A stretch of DNA of 64,000 nt from Octopus sinensis (lineage: Eukaryota): the NCBI RefSeq assembly GCF_006345805.1, contig NC_042999.1, positions 11,966,001 to 12,030,000 on the forward strand. The letters are read 5' to 3'. This document shows, piece by piece, positions 40,444 through 54,889 of this stretch (position 1 is its first letter; each line of letters begins with the position of its first letter). The position numbers and the translations under genes were made by a program. The notes below the pieces were generated by a model. That model made no database searches, was not told the DNA's origin, and was given only the letters and a program-made list of their open reading frames with translations.

Positions 40444-41689
40444 TGTGAGATTAATCCTGAACACTCTTTGGTATACAACTTGTTTATCCTTTCAAATGGA
40501 ATTGGAAGGCTGACCATTCAATTTCTTTCTGCAAGCATTGTATTATCTGCAACTTTCATTCAATGTTTCCTCTTTGTTGCTTTAAGACAGCAGATTTCAC
40601 TTGAAAGAAATTTGGCTCCTATTTCTAGCAGGACCATCTAGAGGCTCCCTCCACTTTTCAATTCCTGAATTATTAATTTCACTTCCATTTTCCTTGGAAT
40701 GTGACATTTCTTTCCTTTTCAATTCATTGTTATTTGTTAGACAGAAGATTTACTCATAAGGATTTCTAAGCCCTGGCACAAGGCCATAAATGGAGTGGCA
40801 GGGAGGAAGACAAAATGGAATCAAATCCACAAGGATAAATGGCAAAGTCAATTCTGGTGGAATTTAGGAATCTGAACATCAAATGGTGTAACCAAATATT
40901 GCAAGAAAGTTTATCAGATTTTCAACCAATTTTCACATTCCCCACCTTCTGAAATTCGTTTACTTTCTCAGTTCAAATCCCTCTGAGTTCAATTTGCCTT
41001 TCATCCTTTCGAGGTTCATCATCATCATCATCATTTAATGTCCATTGTCCATGCTGGCATGGGTTGGACAGTTTAACTGGGCTGGCACACTGGAAGGCTG
41101 CATCAGACTCCATTCTGATTTGGCATGGTTTTCTATGGCTGAATGCCCTTCCTAATGCCAACCACTCTGAGAATGTGATGGATGCTTTTATATGCTACCT
41201 GCCATTTGTACGACATTGGGGTGTCAATTTGTGTGACACTGGTAGCTGCCACAAGTGCGATTTTGCTTGGCTGGCTTGATAGGCCTTCTTCTTGAGCACA
41301 ACATAATGTCATTGCCTCTGTGAGGCCCAACACTTGAAAGGAATTCAATCACTTTGCCTCTGTGAGCTTCATAAAATAAAGTATACATAAGGTAGTGGGT
41401 CAATATAATCAACTTGCTCTTTTCCCCTACAATTACTAACCTTGTACCAAGATTTGAAAGAATTATTATCCTTATTACTATTGTTGTTGTTGTTTTGACT
41501 TACTGCTATTAGTGACTAGATAACAAGATTCAGAGTTTCCACTGGCAAAACATGCTCTCACCTCAATGGGTGTTTAAGCTCAAATATTGACCCATCTTGC
41601 TGAGGCTAAAGCATTTTAACCCTATACAGTGTACCTCAGGGATACAATCTGATAATAATGGGTGATTTTAATACCCACTTTAGACAAGA

Positions 41690-42620
41690 AACAGAGAGAT
41701 GGCCTGGTGTTAATGACAAATATTTATGATGCAATTCAAATGAGGAACTTCTGACTTTGAACTCTGGGCATTGTTTCGTCATTACAAATACTGTTTTCAA
41801 ACAGAAGGACAAAGTGACTTGGATGTAATTACAGTTGAATCACTGGAATCTCTTACACTGTATCATAATTAAGTAGCAAGAGAGAAGTGATATACGTTAG
41901 GCAGGGAACGAGAAGGACAAACTGTTGCAGAGAACATCTGATATTTCAATTGAAGATAGTTTTCACAGTTGTCTTCAAGTGGAACCAGACCTCTTCCAAT
42001 CCCTTTAAAATGGTGACAGATCAGTTGACAAATAGGAGTATAAGGGTCATTCTGGAAAGAGTTGATATGGTTGAAGAAGCTTTGGAATAGCAGGAAACAC
42101 AATAAAGCAGGCAATGAGAATGTAACATAATTCTGGTTTTTGTATTTCATTATTTGACACAACTAAATCCGTAAACTGAAAGTGTTGGGTGCAACAAGGG
42201 CACTGTCAGATAAAAGGGCACCAGAATTGAATAGGGTGCTAGCAGTAGTATAAAAGAATGGAAAATATACATATTAGATATCTCCATCAGTTGATACTGA
42301 AATCATGGAAGGTTGATGAAACCAGAAAAGAGTGGAAAAGATGCTCGCATCATCCCAGTATTCAAAAAGGGTAACAAGAATAATTATGGGAATTATTGAA
42401 AGATTTCTCTTCATAATATAATCAGTGAACCCCTTGCAAGATTATTTCAACAGATTAAATGAGAAAACCATAGTAGCCCTAACTGTAGTAACCCAATGTG
42501 GGGTCAGAAGGATAAGCATAATGGATATGGTGCTCTACCTCCGACAAATCCAGGAAATGAGTGGAACAAAACAAGGCATTGTATACAGTTTTTTTATTGA
42601 CACCATTGAAGCCATTCAAT
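41690..42620 (+). mobile_element. Highly decayed RTE-like LINE
   Basis: Remnants VITNTVFKQKDKVTWM, IIPVFKKG..NY and NRL...TQCG.RR.SIMDMV..LRQIQE...FID. Confidence 0.6.
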
Positions 42621-44629
42621 AAAATAAACCAACTGGTCTTGTGACAAATACTTCAAAAATTTGGCATGAGGTCTCAGGATATGCAGACTGTTTTATATAC
42701 GAATTCATTAGCTTCTTTTTCATTCATTGAGAAAACAAAAGAGTCCTGCATTGGGATTGATCTTAATTACAGCCCTAGTTGGGTTCTCCCAACTCAAAAC
42801 AGAAACCAACTTCATTTTTGCATTTGTTTTGTAAGGTTCTTGATGTGAAATGAGTTGAGATGGAAATTGTTGTTTTTATAGGAGGACCACACTGCTGGTG
42901 GTTTTATTGGCAATATGTATAACCATCCCCACCAAAAATCAGTTTCTTAAGTTTGTTTTATGGCGGAGAGGGTGAAGTGGTGTGAGAAATGGATTTCAGA
43001 CATTTACATAATATCCAAGTGCATTAGTGACATAAATGAACAGTGGAGGAGGGAATCAAAACTGGGAATCAAAACTGGATTGTGGAATCAGCTTGTTGGG
43101 ATCTTAAATTTAATTCTCCATCAATCGTGTGTTGATTGAATAAGTGGTAAGTAAATATGAATGAAGTAATTAGCAAATATTTAAAAAATTGCTTGTGTGA
43201 AACGAAAAAGGGGACTAAAATCAATGCAGCATATATTTCTGTGCTGAAATAATGCCCTGCATCAAAGTGACTGTCAAAGCTGTTTTCCCAATGTCGTCAG
43301 ACATGTATTTGCTGATGTATGAGCTTACATGGGAACAAATATGTGCACAATATAAGAAAGAAAAGAACATCAGACGGATGCGTGTTGACACCTTTTAAAA
43401 AAAGTAATGAAGTTATCGACATTTCCACAATCAATAACATTGTTTTTTATTATTATTATTATGGTTGATTGAATGGAATTTGTTATGACAGCAATATCTG
43501 ATCTGATTTCACTCATAAACAATCTGTGATCGATGGGTGTGTGAGTGAATATACATGCATGCACACATATATACATTCATACCTGCGTACATAAATGTGC
43601 ACATGTATACATACATATATATTGGCATACAAGCAATGCATATGCAAACATATATATATATATTTATACAAATATACATACATCTATATAAACATATGTA
43701 GCTGCATACATATTTATATGCATATATGCATGTTTACATACGTGCATACATACATACATATATATACTCAGAAGGTGGCAAACTAGCAGAGTGGCTGGAG
43801 AGGCAGATAAAATACTTTGCTGTATTCATTCCATCTCTCCTCTTTGCAAGTTCAAATCCCACAAGATCAAATTTGTCGCTCATCTTTTTGGAGGATCATG
43901 AAATAATGTACCTGTCCTGTGCTGGGGTCAATTCTTCTCCTTCTCCCCCTCCCCCTCTCTCTCCAGGAGGAAAATGGGCCCCATGAAGCTTAACAATACC
44001 AAAAAGACTTTTTATGTCATGATTACACGTATTTGATTCCAATAGGACTCAAGGACCTAAAGCAAAACAATACACACACACACATCAGGCATTGCAGCTT
44101 GTTGAAATTGTATTACCCTGACACAATTGCTATTTTATTTCCATTCAAAAACTACTAAATACTGGCACAGGCCACATAACTACACAAAGGTACCAATAGG
44201 TAAGAAGAAGAATAACTTTTTACTATTATACCAGTCTCTCTTTAAAAGTCAAATTTATGGCTTTCCAACGGCTGACCATCACCTTAACAAAGCTGACCAT
44301 CAAAACTGTAAGAAACCACTTGCTCTTTAGATAAATCACCATCTTCAAAGAGATATGGCTGTAATAGTAACTATTCTTTTCTACTCTAGGCACAAGGCCC
44401 GAAATTTTTTACTCCAATTCACAACTAGTACTTAATTTATCGACCCCAAAAGGATGAATTTGAACTCAGAACATAAAGACAGATGAAATACCGCTAAGCA
44501 TTTCGCCTGGTGTGCTAAGGTTTCTGCCAGCTTGCTGCGTTTGTAATAGTAAATATTATCAGGAAAGAAACTCACTGCTCAATGTCTTATTTTCAATGTA
44601 GAATTGAGGACTGTTCACTTCATTTAAGT

Positions 44630-46400
44630 TCTACACCAGGCTCCAATCTGATCTAGCAAGGTTTCTACAGCTGGATGCTCTTCCTAATGCCAACCACTCT
44701 GAGAGTGCAGTGGGTGCCTTTTATGTGCCACCGACATGAGTGTCAGTCAGGTGGTACTGGCATCAACCAAGCTCAGATGGTGCTTTATATGTGCCATTGG
44801 CACAGGAGCCAGTCAGGTAGCATTGGTAACAACCATGTTCAAATGGTGCTTTTTATGTGCCTCCAGCAAGGGGCAGTTAAGAAGCACTGGCATTGACCAC
44901 GTCGTTCATATGGTGCATTTTATGTGCCACCAGCATGGGAGCCAGTCCGGTGGGACTGGCATTGACCATGCTCAAATGGTGTTTTTTATGTGCCACTAGT
45001 ATGGCTGCTAGTCAGGCAGTACTGGCATTGGCCACGACAATGATTTCACTTGACTCAATACCTCTTCTCAAGAACAGTTTATTGCCCAATGATGGGCCAA
45101 TTGTGCAACACTTGCATAGGCCATGGTACAGTCTCACTTGGCTTGCCAGGTCTTCTCAAGCACAGCATATCTCCAAAGGTCCCAGTTGCTTGATATTGCC
45201 TCCATGAGACCCAACGTTCGAAGGTTGTGCTTCACCACCTCTTCCCAGGTCTTCCTGGATCTACCTCTTCCACAGGTTCCCTCCACTGTTAGGGTGTGAC
45301 ACTTCTTCACAAAGCTGTCCTCATCCACACGTAACACATGACCATACTAGCTCAGTCATCTCTTTTGCACACCAAATCTGATGCTTGTTATGTCCAGTTT
45401 TTCTCTCAGGGCCCTTACACTCTGTTCGCGTATACACACTGACATTACACATCCAGTGGAGCATACTAGCTTCATTTCTTTCAAGCTTACACATGTCCTT
45501 AGCAGTCATGGTCCATGTTTCACTGCCATGTAGCATGGCTGTTTGCACACATGCGTCATACAGTCTACCTTTCACTCTGAGTGAGAGGCTCTTTGTTACC
45601 AGCAGAGGTAGGAGCTCTCTGAACTTTGCCCTGGCTATTCTTACTCTAGCAGTTACACTTCAGCACACCTGCCCCCGCTACTGACTTGGTCAACTACTTG
45701 TAGTTTTTCCTCCTGGCATGTGATGGAAGCTGTTCTCTGCACATTTTCAGTATTTATTGCCCCTATGCATTTGCCACACACAAAAACTGTCTTCCCTGTT
45801 AGCCTTCCTTTGACATTACTGCACCTCTTGTGTGTCCATAGCTTAAACTGGGTACATCGTATGGAGCTTCTACCTGCACCTTTTCTACATATCAAGCAGG
45901 GCCATCTACCTGAAGGGATTTGTGATTTGTCTGCCTTCTTACTTACTAAGACTTTGATTTTTGCTAGATTGATTCTAAGGGCCTTCTAGTCTAGACCTTA
46001 CTTCCACACCTGAAACTTCTCTCGTTCTGATAGTGACTCAGCAATTAGAACAAGGTCATTGGCATAGAGGAGCTCTCAGGGGCATCCTGTCTTGAAATAC
46101 CTCTGTTATTGCCTGGAGGACTATGATGAATAAGAGGGGCCTGAGGACTGATCCGTGGTAGACCCCTACCCCTACCCGGAATTCTTCAGTGTACTTGTTG
46201 CCAACCCTCACCTTACTGACAGCATCCCTGTACATGGCTTGTACAGCTCTCACTAACCACTCATCTATCCCTGGTTTCCTCATTGACCACAAGATAAGGG
46301 ATCGGGGGACCTTATTAAAGGCTTTCTCCATGTCAAAGAAAGCAAAGTACATCGGTTCATCTTTGGCTAGGTATTTCTTCTGCAGATGTCTTACTGGAAA
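44630..46400 (-). mobile_element. RTE LINE, 5'-truncated (RT to 3'UTR), frameshifted
   Basis: DMEKAFNKVPRSL..GIDEWLVRAVQAMY..GV.HGSVL.PLLFII, KGRLYDACVQTAMLHGSETW and GRGRSRKTWEEVV. The 3'UTR contains tandem units of about 65 bp. Confidence 0.93.
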
Positions 46401-46449
46401 TTATCAATCACAGATATTAATGAATATATATCAATACAAATAATCAATA

Positions 46450-47708
46450 TTGGGTTGGCAACTAAGTTCCCACCAATTTTAAAAATTTAAATTTTTTAAA
46501 AGGTTTAATAAAAAATAACAACCAGTTAATCAATAATGTATTCACCCTTGTTGTTTACAACTTCTTCCCAACTTTCAACAAGATTTTCAATTCCTTGTTG
46601 GTAGAAATCACCTGATTTCGACTTGAAAAATTGATCCAACCAAGCTCTCAATTCTGCATCAGTATTGAATGAAATGCTGTGCATAGCATTTGAAAGAGAT
46701 CGAAAGAGGTGGAAATCCGTTGGTGCCAAATCAGGAGAGTACGGTGGGTGTGGCAGCACTTCCCAGCCATGCGTTTGAATGTCTTCCTTGGTCATATTGA
46801 CGATATGAGGACGGGCATTGTCGTGCAACAGAAGAACTCAATGCTGGCCGATTAGGTCTCTTCTCTTGAATAGCCGTGTTGTGTTATTCCATCTGTTCAA
46901 CATAGAGTTCTATGTTGACTATTTGGTTCCGTTCAAGCAATTTCTAATGGATAATTCCTTCCCAGTCGCACCATCGTTTTACGCGGATGAAAATCTTGTT
47001 TCACGCATGGTGCCGCTTGTTTACCAGGGCTAAGCCATTCCTTACACTGCTTCATATTGCTGTACAGGCACCATTTTTCATTACCAGTAAAGATTCGGTA
47101 AAGAAATCGTTGCTTGTATCCATGAGTTGAGCGGTGACGAGCAAGCAAACCAGCGGAGACTGTGGCTCATTGATTTTTGTAGTTTTCACTTAAAGCATAC
47201 GGAACCCATGCTCCATACTTCTGAACCTTTCGCATCGAGTGAAGATGCTTCTCTATAGCAGTGTAGGAGCATTCCATTTTCTCTGCTAGTTCCTTTGTCG
47301 TTTGACAAGAATTTTTGTGCAAAAGTTGGTTTAATCGCTCTTCATCGAACTCAACGGGATGGCCAGAACTAGGTGTCTTTGAGGTCAAAATTTCCATTTT
47401 TGAACTTGGCATACCAATCATGAGCAGTTCTTTCAGCTATGGCACCCTTTCCATACACAGCACAAATGTCGCGAGCAGCTTTTGCGGCCTTAGAACCTTG
47501 ATTTAAAGCAAACAGAAAGAGGTGTCAAAAATGCTCGTTTTTCTTAACCTGACATTCCATTTTAATGATCTGAAAATAAACAAAAATTAACTAAAATTAA
47601 CTAGGAAAAAAAACAAAATAGATTCTAAAATGATTCAAAAATAGAATTCTCGTAAAAAAATAGATTCCAAAAATTTAAAAAAACGCAGGAACTTAGTTGC
47701 CAACGCAA
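46450..47708 (-). mobile_element. Full-length mariner (DD34D) with TIRs and TA TSD; the transposase is a pseudogene
   Basis: TIR TTGGGTTGGCAACTAAGTTCC / GGAACTTAGTTGCCAACGCAA with TA on both sides. Motifs include KAARDICAVYG, WVPYAL, TGNEKW, HDNARPH and HPPYSPDLAPTDFHLF. Confidence 0.96.
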
Positions 47709-50544
47709 TATAATCAATATGATAATAATTAACTAGACGAGAACAGTTAGAGCAAAAAAGAAAAGTAAAATGTCCTAATGCTATTTTATTTAGTCTTCCT
47801 TTAAAATAGGATCAAGAAAACAATAAAATTAGTTAATTAACAAAAACTAATCAGTATAGATATTTCTTATTTAAAGAAACAAAGCAGATTTAAAAAGGAA
47901 TAAAAGTGAAAATGTGCAACATTATTGATGTTTTTTCTCTGTTGGTCAGTTTTGACCATGTGTACCTACACATGTACCAGCTTGACTACCAGCTGCCTTG
48001 ATACAAGGGGAGGACTGCTGTCTTGGGCTGATACAGCTTGTTACCAGTGTCATCACAAGCATTGCAAAATACCTCCACAGATACTACCAGACATCATAGT
48101 TCCAACAATCCTCAGCTCTGAATCACTACTTTTATTTATGGACTCTTAAAAGGATGAATGACCTTGGTGAGATTTGAACTCAGAGCACAGAAGTTTGCAA
48201 CATATACTACAAATCCTTTTATCCCATTCTTTAACAATTTTGCCAATTTGATGCTTTCAATAGCATTTATAATACAAACAATTTCATTTTAATCTTTACA
48301 TGCTGTGAACATGCTTTAGTGGATATGATTTCATTTGCCTATAAACTTGGGAGCCTCAAAAGAGTGGGGCAGCCACAGGGTTTTGTGTTTATGGCTCAAT
48401 AATTGGCAGAAAGATTGTTATTTTCAGTCATAAATGCAAACTATATGGCTGGCCACTTTCGCATCTTCAAAAGGTTGAATCAAGTGAAATTATGTCTCCT
48501 AAAGTGTAGTCGCAGGTTCAAAGGGTTAAGCAGTGGCACCCATGCTGGTGCCACGTAAAAAGGCCAGAAAAGAAGCCCTCATACCAGTGCTCTGTGAAAG
48601 GCACTTGTGCCAGTGCCACATGCAAAGCACCCGTGTTGGTGTCATGTAAAAAGCACTCATACCAGTGCAATGTCGACAGGAACCTGGTAGACTCTGTGAA
48701 ATAGTGTTAGGAAGGGCATCTAGCCATAGAAACCATGCCATAACAGGCAACTGGAAACCTAGGACAGCTGCTGAGCTTGCCAGCACCTATCCAACCATCC
48801 GATCAACACGGAAGACAGATGTTAAATGATGATGATGATGATGATGACTTCATACACTGAGGGCCTAAACAGCAAATCCATTAAACCCACTGATGTTGGT
48901 TTCTTAGATAAAGAGTCACACATATATTTGTGAAGGGTAAAATAAGTGTGACGTTTATGTCTGTGAGGCAATGGAAAAGAGATGTGTAACAAGTGAGATG
49001 TCACAAGCAGATTATTTCTGGATGTACTGAAATGAATTGATGAAAGATAGTCTATACTTATCATAGAATTGTTATGTAATTACACAACTGTGACAAGTTG
49101 GAGAAGGACAGTTTATTTACATTGAAAATATCACATCAACTCCTTAAAGTAGTCTTCCACAGTGTGGACGGAAGAATGTGAAGGGTGCAAGATTCATGCA
49201 AAAGAAATTTGTTAGTGCACATGAGTGCATGTATGTGTGTGTAAGAGAGAGGGGAGAGAGGGGGAAGAAAGATAGATAGATAGATAGAGAGAGAAGGGGG
49301 GAACTAAGTGTCAACAAAATTACTTTGTAGTTGGCAGAAGGAAATTCCTGGAAGTCATAGAAAACATTTTTTTAGAGGTTTGGGGGATATACACTTGTGT
49401 TAAAGACAAATTAGGTCACTGGAAGTAGAATTGGATGGGCATTTCTGGATTCACCTCTATCTGACCTAAGAGGATGGCAAATTTGACAGGTGAAACAATT
49501 TGGTTTTAAGTGCAAAAAGGAAATTGATGTGAAGACTAAAGTTTCAAATCCACAGTAAATCTAAAAACGAGTGAAATAGTATTAAGCCAAGACACTAACT
49601 GAAACCAGTCTGCAATTTGATGGTATCTGCTCGAAATTGGTCAATATAGATCATTGTCATCATCACTATCGTTGTTTAATGACCTTCTTGATGCTAGCAT
49701 GAGTTGGACACTTTGACAGGAACTGGCAGAGGACTGCACCAAACTCTACTGTCTGTTTTGGTATGGTTTCTATATAAGGGTCAGGTGAGGGGGTGGACAT
49801 GTGCTGCTGTCGCAGTGTGTTGCTGCATTTGCCATTTGTTGGTATATTCCCAGGTCCTCCCAGTTAACCCATGGTCATGGCAGATGAGGAGGTATCTCAT
49901 GGCAGAGATGAGGACTGCTCAACAGGTTTTTATATAACCATAAGTAAATAATTAAATGTCTGCAGTTTGGGAGCTTTTGGATTCTAACATAATGGTGAAG
50001 TGGTTTCATATTTGACAAGCAGTCAGAAAAATCTGACTCCAAAATGATAAAAAAAACCCAACTAATTAATATATATTCAATAGTTCAACGGAAGTTGTAG
50101 ATTGGTTCAGAGCAGACAGAGAGAGGTTTTAAGTGGAAATTATGCATGCTTCAGTGGAGAGGTAGTGTCCCACCAGAATGACTTTCAGAAGGAAGGGAAT
50201 GAAAATCAGCCAAACACACAGAACATGAATTTAATTAAATGCTTTGTAGTTGTGGTGTTGCTTGACTGCTGATACCCAGTTTAATAGGTGTGTTTGGGGT
50301 ATTGTTGTTGGCCATTCATTGCTTGGGTAGACAGGGTATATATTCAAAAGTAATCTGATATTTTTAGATGTGAGTGTGTGTGTGTGTGTATGGGTGTATG
50401 TGTGAGTGTGCACACGCACACGCACATGTGTTGTTCTTGAGCAAACAATGAAGAAGACCACACTTCATTAAAGGGCTGTATAACATTACAAACTTAGCAT
50501 GTATATTCCTTTATAAATACATACTCTCTCTCTCTCTCTTTCTT

Positions 50545-50581
<37 letters not shown>

Positions 50582-50949
50582 AGCATTTAGGTCAGTTCAA
50601 AAATGCATTTCTTGCTCTTTGACAATCATCAGCATTATGTATTACAATTGAGACAACCCTGAAATGACTTCAGAAACATTTGTTTCTTTAAACTAAATCA
50701 TCATCATCATCATCATCATCAAAGCATGAGTTGGTCCTGTTTTGATGTTGGTCCTAGCTAAATAAAATATCGTAGTTGACTGATTGCCAAGGAGCAAGGA
50801 AAACATTCTCATTCTACCAGGAGAAGATGACATGAAATGACCTGTGTCTTTCAATACGCATTGGCTAAAGCCAGGAATGTTCTCTACAGCAAATCTAGCA
50901 ATGAATATGGTCTGTCTACCTATTTGAACACTACTTTCATACATCCTAA

Positions 50950-51325
50950 GTGCAGGAGTGGCTGTGTGGTAAGTAGCTTGCTTACCAACCATTTGGTTTT
51001 GGATTCAGTCCCACTGCGTGGCACCTTGGGCAAGTGTCTTCTACTTTGGGCCGACCAAAGCATTGTGGGTGGAAACTGAAAGAAGCCTGTCGTGCATATA
51101 TATATATGTATATGTTTGTGTGTCTGTGTTTGTCCCCCCAACATTGCTTGACAACTGATGCCAGTGTGTTTACGTCCTCTTAACTTAGTGGTTTAGCAAA
51201 AGAGACTGATTGAATAAGTACTAGGCTTACAAAGAATAAATCCTGAAGTTGATTTGCTCAACTAAAGGCAGTGCTCCAGCATGGCTGCAGTCAAATGATT
51301 GAAACAAGTAAAAGAATAAAAGAAA
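50950..51325 (+). mobile_element. SINE family B, near full length
   Basis: Head, caccttgggcaagtgtcttctact box and tail are all present. Confidence 0.88.
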
Positions 51326-51327
51326 AA

Positions 51328-51393
<66 letters not shown>

Positions 51394-51614
51394 GATACGT
51401 ATAGAGTGTTAGGTGTGGTGTACAGAAAATGAATATTGAGAAAAAAATGTCCTCAGAATTTTAGAAAAAAAATCTTTTCATTTCTACATTTTTATTAGCA
51501 CTTTCTTTCCTTTCTCGAAATTGTCAAATAAAATTTTGTGAATGTACAAACAGCTTAAACATTTATAAAAAAGATATTTTGGGGGAGGGTTTGTTTAGAA
51601 GAAGAGAACATTCT

Positions 51615-52570
51615 TTTTGTTTTTTGGGTAAGACAGCTGCAGGAGAAATACCTAGCCAAGGATAAGCCCCTGTACCTGGCTTTGTTTGACAGGGTCCCCC
51701 AATCCCTTATCTGGTGGTCAATGAGGAAACTAGGGATAGATGAATGGTTAGTGAGAGCTGTGCAAGCCGTGTACAGGGACGCTGTCAGTAAGGTAAGGGT
51801 TGGCAACGAGTACACTGAAGAATTCAAGGTAGAGGTTGGGGTCCACCAGGGTTCAGTCCTCAGCCCCCTCCTATTTATCATAGTCCTCCAGGCAATAACG
51901 GAGGAATTCAAGACAGGATGCCCCTGGGAGCTCCTCTATGCCAACGACCTTGCTCTAATTGCTGAGTCACTATCAGAACTAGAGGAGAAGTTTCAAGTGT
52001 GGAAACAAGGATTAGAATTGAAGGGCCTTAGAATCAACCTAGCTAAAACCAAAGTCCTAAGTAGGAAGGCAGACAAACCACAAATCTCTTCATGTAGATG
52101 GCCCTGCTCGATTTGTAGTAGAGGTGTAGGTAGAAACTCTATAAGATGTACCCAGTTTAGGCTATGGACACAAAAGAGGTGCAGTAATATCAAAGGAAGG
52201 CTAACTTGGAAGACAGTTCTTGTATGTGGCAGATGCTCGGGAGCAATAAACACTGAAAATGCGCAACTTCCGCCACATTCCAGGGAGAAAAACTAGAAGT
52301 AGTTGATAGTTTCCGTTACCTAGGTGACCAAGTCAGTAGCAGAGGAAAGTGTAGCTGCTAGAGTAAAAATAGCTTGGGCAAAGTTCAGAGAGCTCTTACC
52401 TCTGCTGGTGACAAAGGGCCTCTCGCTCAGAGTAAAAGGTAGACTGTATGATGAACAGCCATGCTACATGGTAGAGAAACATGGGCTGTGACTGCTGAGG
52501 ACATAGATAAGCTTGCAAGGAATGAAGCCAGTATGATCCGAGGGATGTGTAATGTCAGTGTGCATACCTA
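51615..52570 (+). mobile_element. RTE LINE RT fragment (same family as 44630-46400)
   Basis: FDRVPQSLIWWSMRKLGIDEWLV..GVHQGSVLSPLLFII..ELLYANDL..GLRINLAKTK. Confidence 0.94.
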
Positions 52571-52874
52571 TTCACCATTCATTTATTTATTTAGTTATTT
52601 ATTGAAATGGGTTTAAGGATGGTGACCTCTTCAGAAAAAAAAAGTCTTTTTGCTTTCTTTCTCTCTTCCCCTCTTTTTTCCTTCTCCTCTTTCCTTCTTT
52701 TTTTCCTCTTCCTTTCTTTTTCTCCTCTTTGAGTTATATTTAGAATACAAAATGTTCTGTCTCCCCTTTTCTTTTAAACATTCAATTTTAGAGAGAATTC
52801 TTTGATGTAATGTAGTTCTGCATGAAAAAAACATTAGTATAATATTTACAAGTTAAAAAAAATAAATAAAACTC

Positions 52875-53190
52875 CACAAGTTTTCTATCGGGTTTAAGTC
52901 AGGGGAACAGGCAGGCCACTTCAACTTCCAAGGTCCACAGAAGCCTAATCATTACAGATACACTGTCGTTTTCTTCACTGAGTGCAAGGGCACATTATCT
53001 TGCATGAATATCAGGGTGATCCTTTGCTTTTTTAACCAAGGTTCAATATGCTTTCTCAGAAAGGCTGTGTAAGCACCTACAGTCATTTCAACACTTTCCA
53101 AAGACCAACCATAATACCTCCGATAACACCTGACCAGATCATGATGCCACTTGTCAGTACCTGATTTGCAAGTTGACATAAGAACCACTT
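52875..53190 (-). mobile_element. Tc1-like DDE transposase fragment
   Basis: FLRKHIEPWLKKQ..IFMQDN.PLH...KWPACSPDLNPIENLW. Confidence 0.85.
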
Positions 53191-53329
53191 TATTTTCATG
53201 CCTTTAAATCACAAGCTATTTCAGCAGATGTTACTGGCTGTGAGGATCCGACATCTGAGAAGCAGATTTTTTCATAGTTTTTTGTTGCTCTTGTTCTTCC
53301 TCGTTTTTTGTTTGTTTTGTTTTTTTGAA

Positions 53330-54655
53330 ATGGCCTCAAAAATCAGAATTGGTTGTGATGAGTTGAGACCATTCACTGGGGAAGGTGATGTGGTGGCCTG
53401 GATAAAGAAAGTGAGACTTGTGGCAAAGCTGCTGGGAATAGAAGACGTGGCTAGTCTTGTGCCGTTGTGCTTTGAAGGCAGTGAATCTCTACTTGGAGCT
53501 GGACGAAGCAGACCAAGAAAGAACTGAGGAGCAGCTGAAGGACGTGTACGAGGTGGGGGTGCTTTTAAGGCCCACAGCCAGCCAGCCCGGGAGAGTGAGA
53601 TGGACCAGTGAGCAGATAGACGATTACGTAGACAAGATTAGCAGGTTGGTGAGCCTAGCAGGGTTTACTGGAGCAGCGATGTAGTGGATGGTGATGCTGG
53701 CTTTTGTGACCGGCTTCCCTGACCATATCTCTGTACGTCTGCAGCAGATGCTGGACTTTGAAATGATGTTGATAGGAGAGATGATTGACAAATTGCAGGT
53801 GTTGTGACAGGGATGGTGGATAAGTGCAGGATGAAGAGGCAGGTAGCAAACAACAACAGCAAAAGTCTTGCGAGATGAATGGCCAAGGGACCATACTTCA
53901 GATATCGAGGTCTGCACGTGGTCAGAGAATGCATGGAACTGAAGCCAATGTGGCTACCCTGGGCACAGCAAATAACTGCAAGCTGGGAAATGAACGGCAT
54001 CGACATAGGGGTCATAATGGACATGATCACATGATTAGGAGGTGTGATGGTTGGTGGGGAGGAGTAGAGTTTGGTGACCGGTGTGCTGCGTGCCCTGAAT
54101 GTGGAGTGAAGGAAGAAGATAGTAGGAGAGACAGATTACTGGCCCAGAGAGAGTCTTCTATGGCTGCAGTTGAAGACAAAGACTTCTGTGCTGAGTTCAA
54201 TGGGAAAAGATGGACAGTGGAGTACTTCTTGAAAAGAGAACCTCCTGTACTGAAAAATAGTATAGGAGAAGCCAGGTTTATGTGGATAGAGGAGGGAATT
54301 CTGATGCCATGCAGTGAGGAGACGAGGGGTGATGTGCTGCCATTGATGGCTGTGGTTCAGCCAACAAAGAACAAGGTTTGATTGGTGCTAGACTTCAGGG
54401 AACTGAACGAATATGTGCCCTGTCATATGGGTGGCAAGGCAGCAGACGTATGTGGAGAAAGCTTTTGTGAGGGAGTTGGGGCCGACTATTTGCCTATCTT
54501 CAGCTCCATTTATCAGATAAGTTGTAGAAGTACTAACTGGTGAGGTACAGGGGCAGAATGTACTGCCTGACTCAACTGGGTTTTGGCCTGAGTTCTGCAC
54601 TGAACATCATGGCAAAGGCCCTCAAGGCGGTTTTGGGCAAAGAGGCCAAAGTGTA
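53330..54655 (+). mobile_element. Ty3/Gypsy-like gag-pol remnant
   Basis: gag-like FTGEGDVVAWIKKVRLVAKL..LYLEL and RT start WIEEGIL..PLMAVVQPTKNKV.LVLDFRELN, followed by a LGFGLSSA-like segment. There are many frameshifts and no LTRs were recognised. Confidence 0.8.
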
Positions 54656-54690
54656 GTACCTTACAACTTTACTTTGTTATATATATATAC

Positions 54691-54721
<31 letters not shown>

Positions 54722-54889
54722 AGGTATCTCAGTTAGTAACCTGTGCAGACGTTCCTGGAAGTTTTCAACAAATGTGTGGACCGGTTTGTAACTGCGATAT
54801 CAGATGAAGCCACAAAGAAGAGCAGCTCCGTCCAATTTGCTGCTTCACCAAAAACAATTCTAGAAACAACAGCAAGTAATTACAGGTGG

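Noticed and set aside
50590-50640. Minus-strand CTGATGA-ttg..caa-GAAATGCATTT hammerhead-like match
   Set aside because: The core and a palindromic helix III are present, but there is no helix I complementarity.
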